A DNA stretch of 64,000 bases from a virus. The stretch is from positions 32,001 to 96,000 of the IMG/VR virus record IMGVR_UViG_3300036715_002161; one strand, written 5' to 3'. Position numbers and translations under genes: made by a program. The notes beneath the pieces were generated by a model. It was not told the origin of the DNA. It worked only from the letters and a program-made list of their open reading frames with translations, and did no database searches. Shown in pieces: positions 24,777 to 33,849 of this stretch; position 1 is the stretch's first letter, and each line of letters opens with the position of its first letter.

Positions 24777-26340
24777 GTACCTAGAAAAAATAGCCTTGGA
24801 CTTAATGGGTCTTACTCATCCCTTAAAGCCTTCAGTCTTAAAGGCTGGAGCCTTGAAATTTAAAAGTCTGAGGGCTGCTGACACCTTTAAAATTCCCGCT
24901 AAAGTAATGGGTTTAGACAAGGCTGCTGCCGACCTTTCTCCTAGACAGGAAAAAGCCTTGAAGAAGATGGATGACACAGGCGGAGTAATTCTCAACCATT
25001 CTACTGGTAGTGGTAAAACTAGAGTCTTTTTAGTTGCCGCCCAGAGAGCTTTAGAGGCCAATCCCAACAAAAGGGCCTTACTAGTGGCCCCGGCCAGTCT
25101 GACTAATAACGTCGACAAAGAGATCTTAAAACACAATATTAAGCTAGACCGGGACAGATTGGATGTACTGTCTTATGAAAAGGCCGTCATTGACTCTGAC
25201 AAGCTTTCAAAAAATAAGTATGCCTTGGCTATTGCTGATGAAGCCCAGAAGCTCCGCAATATAGGAACCAAAAGACACTCCGTTATTTCTGAGCTTTTTA
25301 AAGACTCTGACAAAAGACTGTTGGCCTCGGCCACTCCTGACTACAATAATGTTTCTGATATCGGGGCCATGGTAAACTTGGCCGCTGGTAGCAAGGTTAT
25401 GCCTGAGGGAAAGCAAGCCTTTGACGAAAGGTATGTTGATAAAAAGATGGTCTCGGCCCCTATTCTACAACGTATCTTTGGTGCCCCGCCAAAAGAAGTC
25501 TCCAATATTAAAAATAAAAAAGAGCTGGCCTCAGTGGTCAATAAATATTCTGACTACTACAACAGCAGCGAAGACCCAGAGTCGGCCAAGCATTTTGCCC
25601 GCAAAGAAGAGAAGGTCATAGACGTCAAGATGAGTGCCCTTCAGCACCGTCTTTATAAGTATTCGGAAGATAGTCTACCTTGGCACCTCAAGATTAAAAT
25701 CCGGGCTGGTATGCCTTTAGATAAAAAAGACTCTGCCCAGATACAGGCCTTTAGTTCTAACATTAGACAAATCTCTAATTCTACCAGGAAGTACCTGCCT
25801 AATTACGAAGATCCTACTCCCAAGATTAAGGCCGCAGTAGATAGTCTGGAAAAAGACTACCGGACAAACAAGGAATTCCGTGGAGTGGTCTACTCCAATT
25901 TCCTGGAGGCTGGCCTTAATGACTACTCAAGAGAATTGACCAAAAGAAAGATACCACATAATATATTTACCGGTTCTTTGAACAAAAATCAAAAAAGCGC
26001 AATGGAAGAAGAGTATAATACTGGCAAGGTACCGGTCTTATTGATTTCTAGTTCTGGTGCCGAAGGACTTAACCTTTTAAAAACCAGGAAGCTTCAGATC
26101 CTGGAAAATCACTGGAATGAGTCTAAGATTAAACAGGTAATGGGTAGATCTATTAGATATGATTCTCATAAAGATTTACCAGAGAAAGATCGGGTAGTAG
26201 AAATTGAAAGATATAACTCAGTCTTCCCCGATGGAATCCTTGGCAAGTCTAGGAGTAATAGTATTGATACCTATATGATGCATAATGCAGCCCACAAACA
26301 AAGTCTGTCAGATCAGATGAATAAACTATATGATAGGTGA
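24769..26340 (+). CDS. SF2 (SNF2-like) helicase
   Basis: HSTGSGKT, DEAQ, SATP, SGAEGLNL, QVMGRSIR. Confidence 0.85.
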   Translation: MNKYLEKIALDLMGLTHPLKPSVLKAGALKFKSLRAADTFKIPAKVMGLDKAAADLSPRQEKALKKMDDTGGVILNHSTGSGKTRVFLVAAQRALEANPNKRALLVAPASLTNNVDKEILKHNIKLDRDRLDVLSYEKAVIDSDKLSKNKYALAIADEAQKLRNIGTKRHSVISELFKDSDKRLLASATPDYNNVSDIGAMVNLAAGSKVMPEGKQAFDERYVDKKMVSAPILQRIFGAPPKEVSNIKNKKELASVVNKYSDYYNSSEDPESAKHFARKEEKVIDVKMSALQHRLYKYSEDSLPWHLKIKIRAGMPLDKKDSAQIQAFSSNIRQISNSTRKYLPNYEDPTPKIKAAVDSLEKDYRTNKEFRGVVYSNFLEAGLNDYSRELTKRKIPHNIFTGSLNKNQKSAMEEEYNTGKVPVLLISSSGAEGLNLLKTRKLQILENHWNESKIKQVMGRSIRYDSHKDLPEKDRVVEIERYNSVFPDGILGKSRSNSIDTYMMHNAAHKQSLSDQMNKLYDR

Positions 26341-26651
26341 CTATGAATTCAATTTGTAGAATAGGTGATATTGTAACCGGCACATGTCTAGTAAGTACCA
26401 CTGGACACCCAAGAAGTTTTACCGGGACTTGGACTACTGGAAGTCAAGTGGTTTTTGCTGACAACATAGGGGTAGTCAGACTTGGGGACTCTGGTATTAC
26501 TGATTGTAATCATACTTTTATAGCAATAACTGGATCTCCTTATAGCACCGTAGAAGGACTGCCTTTGATCAAGGTAGGGGATACTGTTGAAGTAATAGGT
26601 GGTGGTACCGGAACTGCAATAACTGGTAGCCCTATGGGAGACTCCTTCTAA
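26337..26651 (+). CDS. PAAR-like spike tip protein
   Basis: CRIGD...TGS..VFAD...RLGD...CNH...TGS repeats. Confidence 0.75.
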   Translation: MTMNSICRIGDIVTGTCLVSTTGHPRSFTGTWTTGSQVVFADNIGVVRLGDSGITDCNHTFIAITGSPYSTVEGLPLIKVGDTVEVIGGGTGTAITGSPMGDSF

Positions 26652-27529
26652 TGTTTACTAGGGCCAAATACAAACAAGGACAAGACTGGACCTCTTTGGA
26701 AAATCCGGCGGCATCGGTCAAACTGGACGGTGGTCATTATTTTTTGGCAATAGACAACCATGGAGAAGCCAAGTTTATCAGTCGTCGTAAAGGGGTTAAG
26801 GGTAATTACCCAGAAAGACAGGCAAGCCTACCTCACCTGTCTGGTCCTTACCCAGAAGACTTTAGAGGAAACGTATTTTCGGTCGAGCTTATCCATACTG
26901 GCCACCACCCAGGTCCAGAATCCCATCCTCAGGCCTCTGGAATTTTAAATAGTCTACCAGATAGGGCAATGGCCACCCAAGTTGCCACAGGCCCAATTAG
27001 GGCAGTCTTATTAGATGTAATACACCCCGCCCTTCCTACTTATGGTCAGAAGATCTCATATTTGAAATCCCTGGAAACCCAGTATAATAAACCAAATGTA
27101 TTATATGCTATACCAGTAGAAACTAATCCCAGTAGAATTGCTGACCTTATTGACTCTACTCGCAGTGAAGGTAGAGAGGGTGTAATCATTACCTCAATGA
27201 CCGCCCCCGAGACTAATAACCCTAGGATAAAAATAAAGCACTGTCAGACTTATAACTTGGTAGTGACTGGAATCACTCAGGAGGTAGGTCAAGACACGCG
27301 GCCAAAAGAATCAGCCGGGGCCTTGATTGTATCGGACTCTACTGGTAGAGAAGTAGCCTCGGTAGGCACTGGTCTAAGTCATGATCTTCGTAAAGAAATA
27401 TGGAAAAACAAACCAGCCTGGATTGGTAAACTTATTCAGGTCAAGACCTTCGGCCTTAAGGTAAACCGACTTGCTTCCCCTGTATTCAATGGGGATGCCG
27501 ATGGTGAAGTTGATACCATACCGAGCTAA
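26651..27529 (+). CDS. ATP-dependent DNA ligase
   Basis: KLDG (KxDG), EGVII, KIKH, OB-fold VGTGLS. Confidence 0.85.
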   Translation: MFTRAKYKQGQDWTSLENPAASVKLDGGHYFLAIDNHGEAKFISRRKGVKGNYPERQASLPHLSGPYPEDFRGNVFSVELIHTGHHPGPESHPQASGILNSLPDRAMATQVATGPIRAVLLDVIHPALPTYGQKISYLKSLETQYNKPNVLYAIPVETNPSRIADLIDSTRSEGREGVIITSMTAPETNNPRIKIKHCQTYNLVVTGITQEVGQDTRPKESAGALIVSDSTGREVASVGTGLSHDLRKEIWKNKPAWIGKLIQVKTFGLKVNRLASPVFNGDADGEVDTIPS

Positions 27530-27538
27530 AATAGTCCT

Positions 27539-28093
27539 ATGACAGAATTAGAATCAAAAATAATTGAGCAGATTATCCAGGCCTATAAAAATCAGGGAGT
27601 GAACCCTAGAAAAATAATGGATAACCCTATTTTTCTACACCTGCCCCTGGCATCAAAAATAGAAGTAATTAAGCAATATAGCTTGGCCTTGAGGTCTAAT
27701 CCAGAAACCTCTGCCGCCAATACAGCCATACAGGCACTTAAATCTGGGCTGTCGGGAGCCGTCCTGTCTGCTGGCATATCTGGCCTCAGTCAGAAGACAA
27801 AACTGCTGAGTCCATTAGTAAGAGGCCCAAAAGGGTTTAATTCAACTAACCTTGCATATGCCGCTGGAATCGGGGCAAGTCTAGGTATTATTAAAAGTTT
27901 AGTCTTTTCGCAAATGAAAAGAATGGATGACCAAAGATTTAGCAATATGGTGGCCAATAATTCCCCAGAGACGGTACTTGGTATCAATTATACAACTGGA
28001 AAACTAAATCCAGAATCAGTAAATTCAAACCCTATTATTTCTCAACTGAGTTTGATGAACAATGTATTACATGGCGAGATACATAGAGGATGA
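27539..28093 (+). CDS. hypothetical late protein
   Basis: TAAAATA motif 5 nt upstream of ATG. Confidence 0.6.
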   Translation: MTELESKIIEQIIQAYKNQGVNPRKIMDNPIFLHLPLASKIEVIKQYSLALRSNPETSAANTAIQALKSGLSGAVLSAGISGLSQKTKLLSPLVRGPKGFNSTNLAYAAGIGASLGIIKSLVFSQMKRMDDQRFSNMVANNSPETVLGINYTTGKLNPESVNSNPIISQLSLMNNVLHGEIHRG

Positions 28094-28118
28094 ACCTCAT
28101 TAATAAGGTAAATATAGG

Positions 28119-28976
28119 ATGTTAGCACACAATTTAAAGGAGATCCTTACACTGATCCCAGAAGCCTCCGAACTAGTAAAACAGGCTTCTATAGAAGAAG
28201 AGTTCCCTACAAATAATAAGGACTCGGTCTGCGCCTCCTACCTACGTATGAATTACTTGACCAAGGTGGCCAATCTAAATATTGCCCCAGAGACTAAATC
28301 TAAGATTATCAAGGCAGCCTCTTTGTATCAAGTAAGAGACAGACTGGACACGATGTCTAGAAAGTTTAATCCATCGCTTGAAAAGACGGCCAGTCAAAAG
28401 GCCGATGAATTAATTATTGAATTTGAAGACAGCGTTGGCAATCCTTTGGGCTTAGAAAAAATAGCCTCTTTGGCCGAAGCAATTGTTGACCAGGATTTAA
28501 ACCTATATAATAATCCTATGGTAGACTTATATGCCGTAAAGGGTTGGTTAAATAAAGAGGCCGCAGTAAAGACCTTAGCCAACCGCTTCTATCAGACCAA
28601 AGATCAAGACTTTGTCAAAATTGCCCGTATGGTTTTGGACAATGTAAGAGAAGACGACCAGAGTCAAATTAGACAAGTCTGCCGGACTGTGACCCAGTTG
28701 GATAAACGAGCAGGCCTAGACCTTATTGGGTTCAACTTCTATAAAGAGGCCCTTATTACAAAAGAAGCTGCCTTTAAGTCAGTATTAAAGATTAAGCTTT
28801 TAAACAAAGAAATTCCATACGAGACTATTGCCAAATTTGGCAAAGAGCGTATTGGTCAAGTCTTGGGTAGTTCTGTCTCAGAAGGTATGAATGACGACCC
28901 CGTCAATAATAAGTATCTTATCGAGTCCCTACCTAAAGATTTACAGACAGTCTTGGTAAAGGTATTAAATGTCTGA
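28119..28976 (+). CDS. hypothetical protein (possible head-associated protein)
   Basis: Repeated KxAS / LEKIAS motifs. Confidence 0.55.
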   Translation: MLAHNLKEILTLIPEASELVKQASIEEEFPTNNKDSVCASYLRMNYLTKVANLNIAPETKSKIIKAASLYQVRDRLDTMSRKFNPSLEKTASQKADELIIEFEDSVGNPLGLEKIASLAEAIVDQDLNLYNNPMVDLYAVKGWLNKEAAVKTLANRFYQTKDQDFVKIARMVLDNVREDDQSQIRQVCRTVTQLDKRAGLDLIGFNFYKEALITKEAAFKSVLKIKLLNKEIPYETIAKFGKERIGQVLGSSVSEGMNDDPVNNKYLIESLPKDLQTVLVKVLNV

Positions 28977-29502
28977 CCTTGGATTAGCCTCCTTAAAGGA
29001 TATTAGAGATAACCTGGACCGTATATTTGGTGAGGGTCTTTGGGAAAACCTTGAGACGGAAACCATTTCTCTTACCTTGGATGTTGTCCTAGACCCTTTG
29101 GCCAGAGACAAAATCTCTTTGTTAAGGGTATTGGCTCATGACCCCGACCTATTTTTTGAAGATCCTATGGTATTTCTACATGGTGTAGAGGTTATTAATA
29201 ATAATGTGGCCGACTTCGATTTCCTGCCCGTCCCCTCTACCTTGGAGGCAATATATGCCATTGACCAGGTCAATGAACTTATTGACGAACCGGTTAAAGT
29301 CTCTGACTTTTCTCTTGGGGTAAAAAAAACCTTGGCCAACATTTTGGTCCAAGATGGATTTTCCCACATACCAAGCCAACTCTCTGGGGTACCCTTGGGT
29401 TGGATAACCAACTTTCCGGAGACACAAGATAAGACAGATGTTTCAAACCGGGACTTGGCAATTAAGGCCTACTCTAAACATATGATGGATGAGCAAAAAT
29501 AA
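28969..29502 (+). CDS. hypothetical protein
   Basis: Coupled ORF. Confidence 0.6.
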   Translation: MSDLGLASLKDIRDNLDRIFGEGLWENLETETISLTLDVVLDPLARDKISLLRVLAHDPDLFFEDPMVFLHGVEVINNNVADFDFLPVPSTLEAIYAIDQVNELIDEPVKVSDFSLGVKKTLANILVQDGFSHIPSQLSGVPLGWITNFPETQDKTDVSNRDLAIKAYSKHMMDEQK

Positions 29503-29906
29503 TGGAATACATGTTAGGTCAACCCATTACCATAGTATTTCCCAGTCAAGGATTAATTTCAGGTCTTACTAGTTTCCCAGATCTTAGAATTTTTGTAGAT
29601 GGTGTCCTGACACCTGAAACAGTAACTTTTAGGGACTTGAGCAATGGGTTATATTCTATGTCTTTTAACTCCAATGCTTCTGGTGCCTATACCGTGTACA
29701 TTCAAGGAGCCATTCAAACTAGGTTCAATGTTGTAACCCGTGATGTCTATAGCTTCCTTAGAAATATAGAAGATGAGGCCATAGGCAGTTGGACTTGGAA
29801 TAAAGTAACCGGAGTAATGTCTATTATAAGACAAGATAGTTCTATTCTCGGTACATTTAAAATAATTGACACAGCAGACTCCTCTTCCAGAGAGCGTCTA
29901 GGCTAA
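29502..29906 (+). CDS. hypothetical beta-rich (Ig-like) virion protein
   Basis: NGLYSMSF....GAYTVYI pattern. Confidence 0.5.
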   Translation: MEYMLGQPITIVFPSQGLISGLTSFPDLRIFVDGVLTPETVTFRDLSNGLYSMSFNSNASGAYTVYIQGAIQTRFNVVTRDVYSFLRNIEDEAIGSWTWNKVTGVMSIIRQDSSILGTFKIIDTADSSSRERLG

Positions 29907-29946
29907 AAAAATCCCGAAAGTATTTTCCGGGATTAGGGATTTTTTC
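29905..29946. terminator. terminator between convergent genes
   Basis: AAAAAATCCC...GGGATTTTTT hairpin. Confidence 0.65.
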
Positions 29947-30834
29947 TTAGGCCGCCAACAAAATAGCCTTATCAAATTCTATAGAAGCTATTTTCATCAG
30001 AGTATCAATATTTGATCCGGGAAGGGTATAACCGCTCTGCCAGGAGTCTTGACTTACTAATTCTCTCAAGTATTTAAAATCTGTATGCCTATAAATACAC
30101 CCAGAGTCTAACCCGATGTCAATTCTGTGGTAATCAATATCTTTGGCATAGTAGATATTTTGTACCACAGAAAAAGCCGTGGCCGCAACCAAAACATTAA
30201 TAGCCATAGTCTGATCCAGGTCAGCGCAGCTGGCCGTAGAAGTAGTCTCAACCATCTGATTAAAATAGTCTACATCCATATACAGAGAAGGTACTCTAAC
30301 ACTAAAGGGGACACTCTTATTACTTATAAGTTTTTCCAAGATTTCTCCAGAGGCTTGACATGCACTTGGACTACTAGTCCCCATTACTTTTACCTGGCCA
30401 TAATTATCTCCATTACCAGTATCTATGATTATGCCTACCACTGAATTGGCGGAAATCCATGCCTGAATATCTTTCCTAGAGGATACCGAGTCTACACATA
30501 GTATGTGTAATGCTACTTCACCATACTCCATAGTATTAGACTGTGAATCTGTAATTGAGGTAGTCTCTGCCTTAATATTAATATCATAGGCTTTGGCATA
30601 CCGAGCAGCTAATACCTCTGACTTATATTTACCGACGTCAGAAGTCACAAAATTTTGTCTACTTAAATTTTTAGCCTCTACAGTGTCAAAATCAAAAAGG
30701 ACAATCTCCGGATTAATTACATGTGGCAGACTTTTAAGAAACTGAGCCACCAATGGAACCAGTCTAGAACCAGTTCCACCACATCCATGTATGTATACTT
30801 TGTTAGGAAATAGGCTTGAAGTGTTATATATCAT
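29947..30834 (-). CDS. E1-like ThiF family protein (PRTRC-type)
   Basis: GCGGTGS, DFDTVEAKNLSRQNF..SDVGKYKS, CVDS, DTGN, SC...Q..AIN. Confidence 0.9.
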   Translation of the reverse strand: MIYNTSSLFPNKVYIHGCGGTGSRLVPLVAQFLKSLPHVINPEIVLFDFDTVEAKNLSRQNFVTSDVGKYKSEVLAARYAKAYDINIKAETTSITDSQSNTMEYGEVALHILCVDSVSSRKDIQAWISANSVVGIIIDTGNGDNYGQVKVMGTSSPSACQASGEILEKLISNKSVPFSVRVPSLYMDVDYFNQMVETTSTASCADLDQTMAINVLVAATAFSVVQNIYYAKDIDYHRIDIGLDSGCIYRHTDFKYLRELVSQDSWQSGYTLPGSNIDTLMKIASIEFDKAILLAA

Positions 30835-30841
30835 TTCTTAT

Positions 30842-31837
30842 TTATCCTATAAATCCGTTGGTCGCATAGTGTCTTCTGCCATTTTCTGTCAGATTCTGAT
30901 AGGCTTCATTAATAATAAGTTTTAGATTTTCATCATTGTGATGATTGTCCATTACAAAATCAAGGGCATCTCCGATTATATATTCATAGTCATCATCCCC
31001 TAGTCCTACGGGATCAATGTCTTCCAGTCGTCTACGTCTACCACCATTATCAAAATCTACGGGAGGGATAATATAATCATCCTCTTGAAAGCCATACAGC
31101 TTAGAGCTTTCCTGGTCATAAAAAGGAGTGATCTGTCCGTATTTGGGGGGATAATTATGTGGCTCCGGAACAGAAATTTGATCTAGCCAGGTAGGATCGA
31201 TTTGTACTATGTCCAAAGAGGGTATCTCAAAGATCTCATCAACTTGTACTGGATAGTTAAGTTCACGGAAGTTGAACCGGAACACCATGGTAGGCTCCTT
31301 GTCCAGATTACCAATTACTCCTGAATAATAGATACAGCCTTTATCATTATTATTGTCTGTACCACTAAAGAAGCTACTCATTGTATTATGGGAGTGCATG
31401 TCTAAGACAATAATACTGCCTGATGGTAGAGTGCTTGCATCATACGAAAAAGATACTGCCGCCTTTGATACCGTCTGTTTCGGGACCGAGACATGATACC
31501 CCTTTTCTTTTGTCCATAAGACAAAACAGTGGGCTTCATATTCAGCCTTCTTATGAGTAATTACTTCTTTAAAAAACTTGGTGATTTGATGGAGAATAGA
31601 CTTTGGGATTTTGCCATCTGGTAAGAAGTTCAGTTCCTCTTTTAATTTGTCTCCGTCACCAACTGCTTCTGCCGGTAGGCTTGGGATTTTCAGGCGGACA
31701 CTACGACCACCTACCAGGTTTTGATGTTTTAGAAACCCATCAGAAGTCGTTACATAGATGGTTGAATAGGATCCGACTACATCTTTGAATTCATCTTCTG
31801 AACAAACACAGGAGACATATGGTACAAGAATTTTCAT
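30842..31837 (-). CDS. prokaryotic JAB/JAMM metallopeptidase (PRTRC protein A-like)
   Basis: EAHC...VPKQTVS...LDMHSHNTMSSFFSGTDNNND (E..HxH..S..D). Confidence 0.85.
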   Translation of the reverse strand: MKILVPYVSCVCSEDEFKDVVGSYSTIYVTTSDGFLKHQNLVGGRSVRLKIPSLPAEAVGDGDKLKEELNFLPDGKIPKSILHQITKFFKEVITHKKAEYEAHCFVLWTKEKGYHVSVPKQTVSKAAVSFSYDASTLPSGSIIVLDMHSHNTMSSFFSGTDNNNDKGCIYYSGVIGNLDKEPTMVFRFNFRELNYPVQVDEIFEIPSLDIVQIDPTWLDQISVPEPHNYPPKYGQITPFYDQESSKLYGFQEDDYIIPPVDFDNGGRRRRLEDIDPVGLGDDDYEYIIGDALDFVMDNHHNDENLKLIINEAYQNLTENGRRHYATNGFIG

Positions 31838-31850
31838 TTTTAAGTCCTCG

Positions 31851-32618
31851 TCATGCTAATTGGTGTAAAGTTGGCAATATTTCACTCAGGTCATTCGCCA
31901 CAGGAGTTGGAGCTAGATGTGGACTATCCCGTAGCATATAGTACGGAAAGGTTTCGGCATCTTCTAGGATTTTATACCAGGAGGAAACATTGCCTCTGAA
32001 GGTAGTATCATTAATGGATAGGTCATCGTTGAAGGGAGTATCAAACAACATGGTGTAATAATAGTGAAGACCTTTTAAGTTTTTGGAAAATACTCTAGGA
32101 GTAGTATTGCCTCCGTAGCACATATGACCATCATTATATATATTAGAAAATGGGAGTATCCAAATATGTTTTAGATGATCTTTTTCTGTAGGTACTTGTT
32201 CTAGCAGCTCTACTGACTCGGCTCCAAGATCAGTACAAAAATATCTGATATCCTTTAGGTAATATGAGTTATCTGGTTTAATATCTAAGGTAAAGGATAA
32301 TATAATGTTTGGAGCCGCAACTTTATAAATGGTCTCGGGGTCGTAGCTCTTTTTGTATTTAAGGTCTTGTTTTTTTGCAGGGAAGTAGGTACTTAATTTT
32401 ATACCTTGAGTTGTCCTGGAAAATCGTATACAGTTTGGTGGTAGACTAAAAGCTTCTTCAGAATTTGGTTGAGCTACTTCCTTAGATACTGTTTTTAAAA
32501 AGTCATTAATAGAAATTATCTTGCTACTGGTACTGAGACTATTACCGGTGTCCACTTCGACACAATCTGTATACATTTTTATATTTATATATGGCTCGCT
32601 AATATTTTCTTCAGTCAT
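31851..32618 (-). CDS. prokaryotic E2 family D protein (PRTRC protein B-like)
   Basis: LPFSNIYNDGHMCYGG...FDTPFNDDL; operon context with E1 and JAB. Confidence 0.75.
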   Translation of the reverse strand: MTEENISEPYINIKMYTDCVEVDTGNSLSTSSKIISINDFLKTVSKEVAQPNSEEAFSLPPNCIRFSRTTQGIKLSTYFPAKKQDLKYKKSYDPETIYKVAAPNIILSFTLDIKPDNSYYLKDIRYFCTDLGAESVELLEQVPTEKDHLKHIWILPFSNIYNDGHMCYGGNTTPRVFSKNLKGLHYYYTMLFDTPFNDDLSINDTTFRGNVSSWYKILEDAETFPYYMLRDSPHLAPTPVANDLSEILPTLHQLA

Positions 32619-32839
32619 ACAAAATCCCCTTCTATGAAGATGTTAACCATTTTTAGGCGGTTATTAATAACGCCTAGATTACTTCTACCTATTGTAAAAT
32701 CCCCAATTTCAAAGTCTATTAGTTGATTTAGTATTTCAAGGGAGGTTATCGTTTGTGATAAGTTTTCCATCAAGGCCAGACCTTTAGAGTATAGATCTTC
32801 TGAATCAACAAATCCCTTCTTTAGGTTACCTATATTCAT
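32615..32839 (-). CDS. hypothetical protein in Ubl operon
   Basis: ATGA overlaps on both sides. Confidence 0.55.
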   Translation of the reverse strand: MNIGNLKKGFVDSEDLYSKGLALMENLSQTITSLEILNQLIDFEIGDFTIGRSNLGVINNRLKMVNIFIEGDFV

Positions 32840-33456
32840 TGTGTATCTACCGGGTTATAACGCATTCTAATTCTTAGGATATTTTGCATAGCTTTTATAA
32901 CCTCTGGAAAATACCACACATATCTATATGGGGTGAATGAACGGTTAGGGTTTAATGGTTTCATCAGTACTGATATACTCTGAGTATTAACATACTCGGC
33001 ATTTACAATACTTGCTGTTAGCGTTATCCCCAAAGTAGTAGATGCTTTTACCAACTTAGCAAGATACCTAACCATAGTCTCAGATCCTTTGGGCGACATT
33101 CTACCTAAAAACTGTATCTTTAGTGGTACTCCCCGATTAATATTAGGAGGAGAAATAATTACATTAGGCCTATGTGGGAAAGGTATATAAGTAAAAGCCC
33201 CTTGGTACGACTTTAAGGCCTGTGACCCAGCTATTTTAAGTAGGGAATAAAATGGATCACTCCACCCCGATAATGTATACCTTTGGTCTGCCGAGAACCC
33301 ATAGAAGGATTTAAAGTTTCTAGTCACAGCCTTTAATTCCAGTAGTCTACTAAAGGTAAATTTAACAAGAGACTCCGATATAAGTGCTGATTGTAATCTA
33401 CTTGAAAGGACATCTACTGCCCGTTTTCTTTTAAGTGGTATTGTTTCGTATATCAA
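32836..33456 (-). CDS. hypothetical protein in Ubl operon
   Basis: 206 aa ORF coupled to downstream genes. Confidence 0.55.
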   Translation of the reverse strand: MIYETIPLKRKRAVDVLSSRLQSALISESLVKFTFSRLLELKAVTRNFKSFYGFSADQRYTLSGWSDPFYSLLKIAGSQALKSYQGAFTYIPFPHRPNVIISPPNINRGVPLKIQFLGRMSPKGSETMVRYLAKLVKASTTLGITLTASIVNAEYVNTQSISVLMKPLNPNRSFTPYRYVWYFPEVIKAMQNILRIRMRYNPVDTQ

Positions 33457-33476
33457 TTCTTAACCCCTGGAAAACT

Positions 33477-33509
33477 AAAAAAAACATTGACCTGGCCAGA
33501 GGTCAATGT
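33477..33509 (-). terminator. intrinsic terminator/attenuator after the Ubl gene
   Basis: ACATTGACCT/AGGTCAATGT hairpin with A8 on + strand. Confidence 0.75.
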
Positions 33510-33531
33510 CCTTAAACTAAAAAAGTTTTTT

Positions 33532-33729
33532 TTAGCCTTTGGTACCCGTTTTTGCGCGGAAGGTGAATTCCACATTACCATCGGAGTCAGTCTCTTGACT
33601 TGCATCCATAGAGGCCATGCCGGGCACACCACCCTTCAGGTTGCGGACGATGTCGTCTACAGTATAGTGATCACCTGGAAGAGAATATGATTCGCCGGTC
33701 GTTGCAATGTTTACGGTAGTTGTTGCCAT
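33532..33729 (-). CDS. ubiquitin-like protein (PRTRC protein C-like)
   Basis: 65 aa ending FRAKTGTKG; AGGA SD; first gene of E2-JAB-E1 operon. Confidence 0.75.
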   Translation of the reverse strand: MATTTVNIATTGESYSLPGDHYTVDDIVRNLKGGVPGMASMDASQETDSDGNVEFTFRAKTGTKG

Positions 33730-33793
33730 GTTTTTAATTTCCTATAGGGTTAAGTAAAAAAGAAGAAAGACTAAATATCTTTCCTCTAAATTG

Positions 33794-33821
33794 CTTATAC
33801 CATGAAATTCAAAAATATCTA
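33794..33821 (-). promoter_or_regulatory. early promoter TAGATA-N16-(TGG)TATAAG for Ubl operon
   Basis: Shared early motif. Confidence 0.6.
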
Positions 33822-33849
33822 ATTCAAAAGGCCTATGTTAAAATACGGC

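Noticed and set aside
33835-33849. ATG at 33835 as terminase start
   Set aside because: It lies upstream of the TAAAATA motif; the in-frame ATG at 33850 fits the 4-5 nt spacing seen for other late genes
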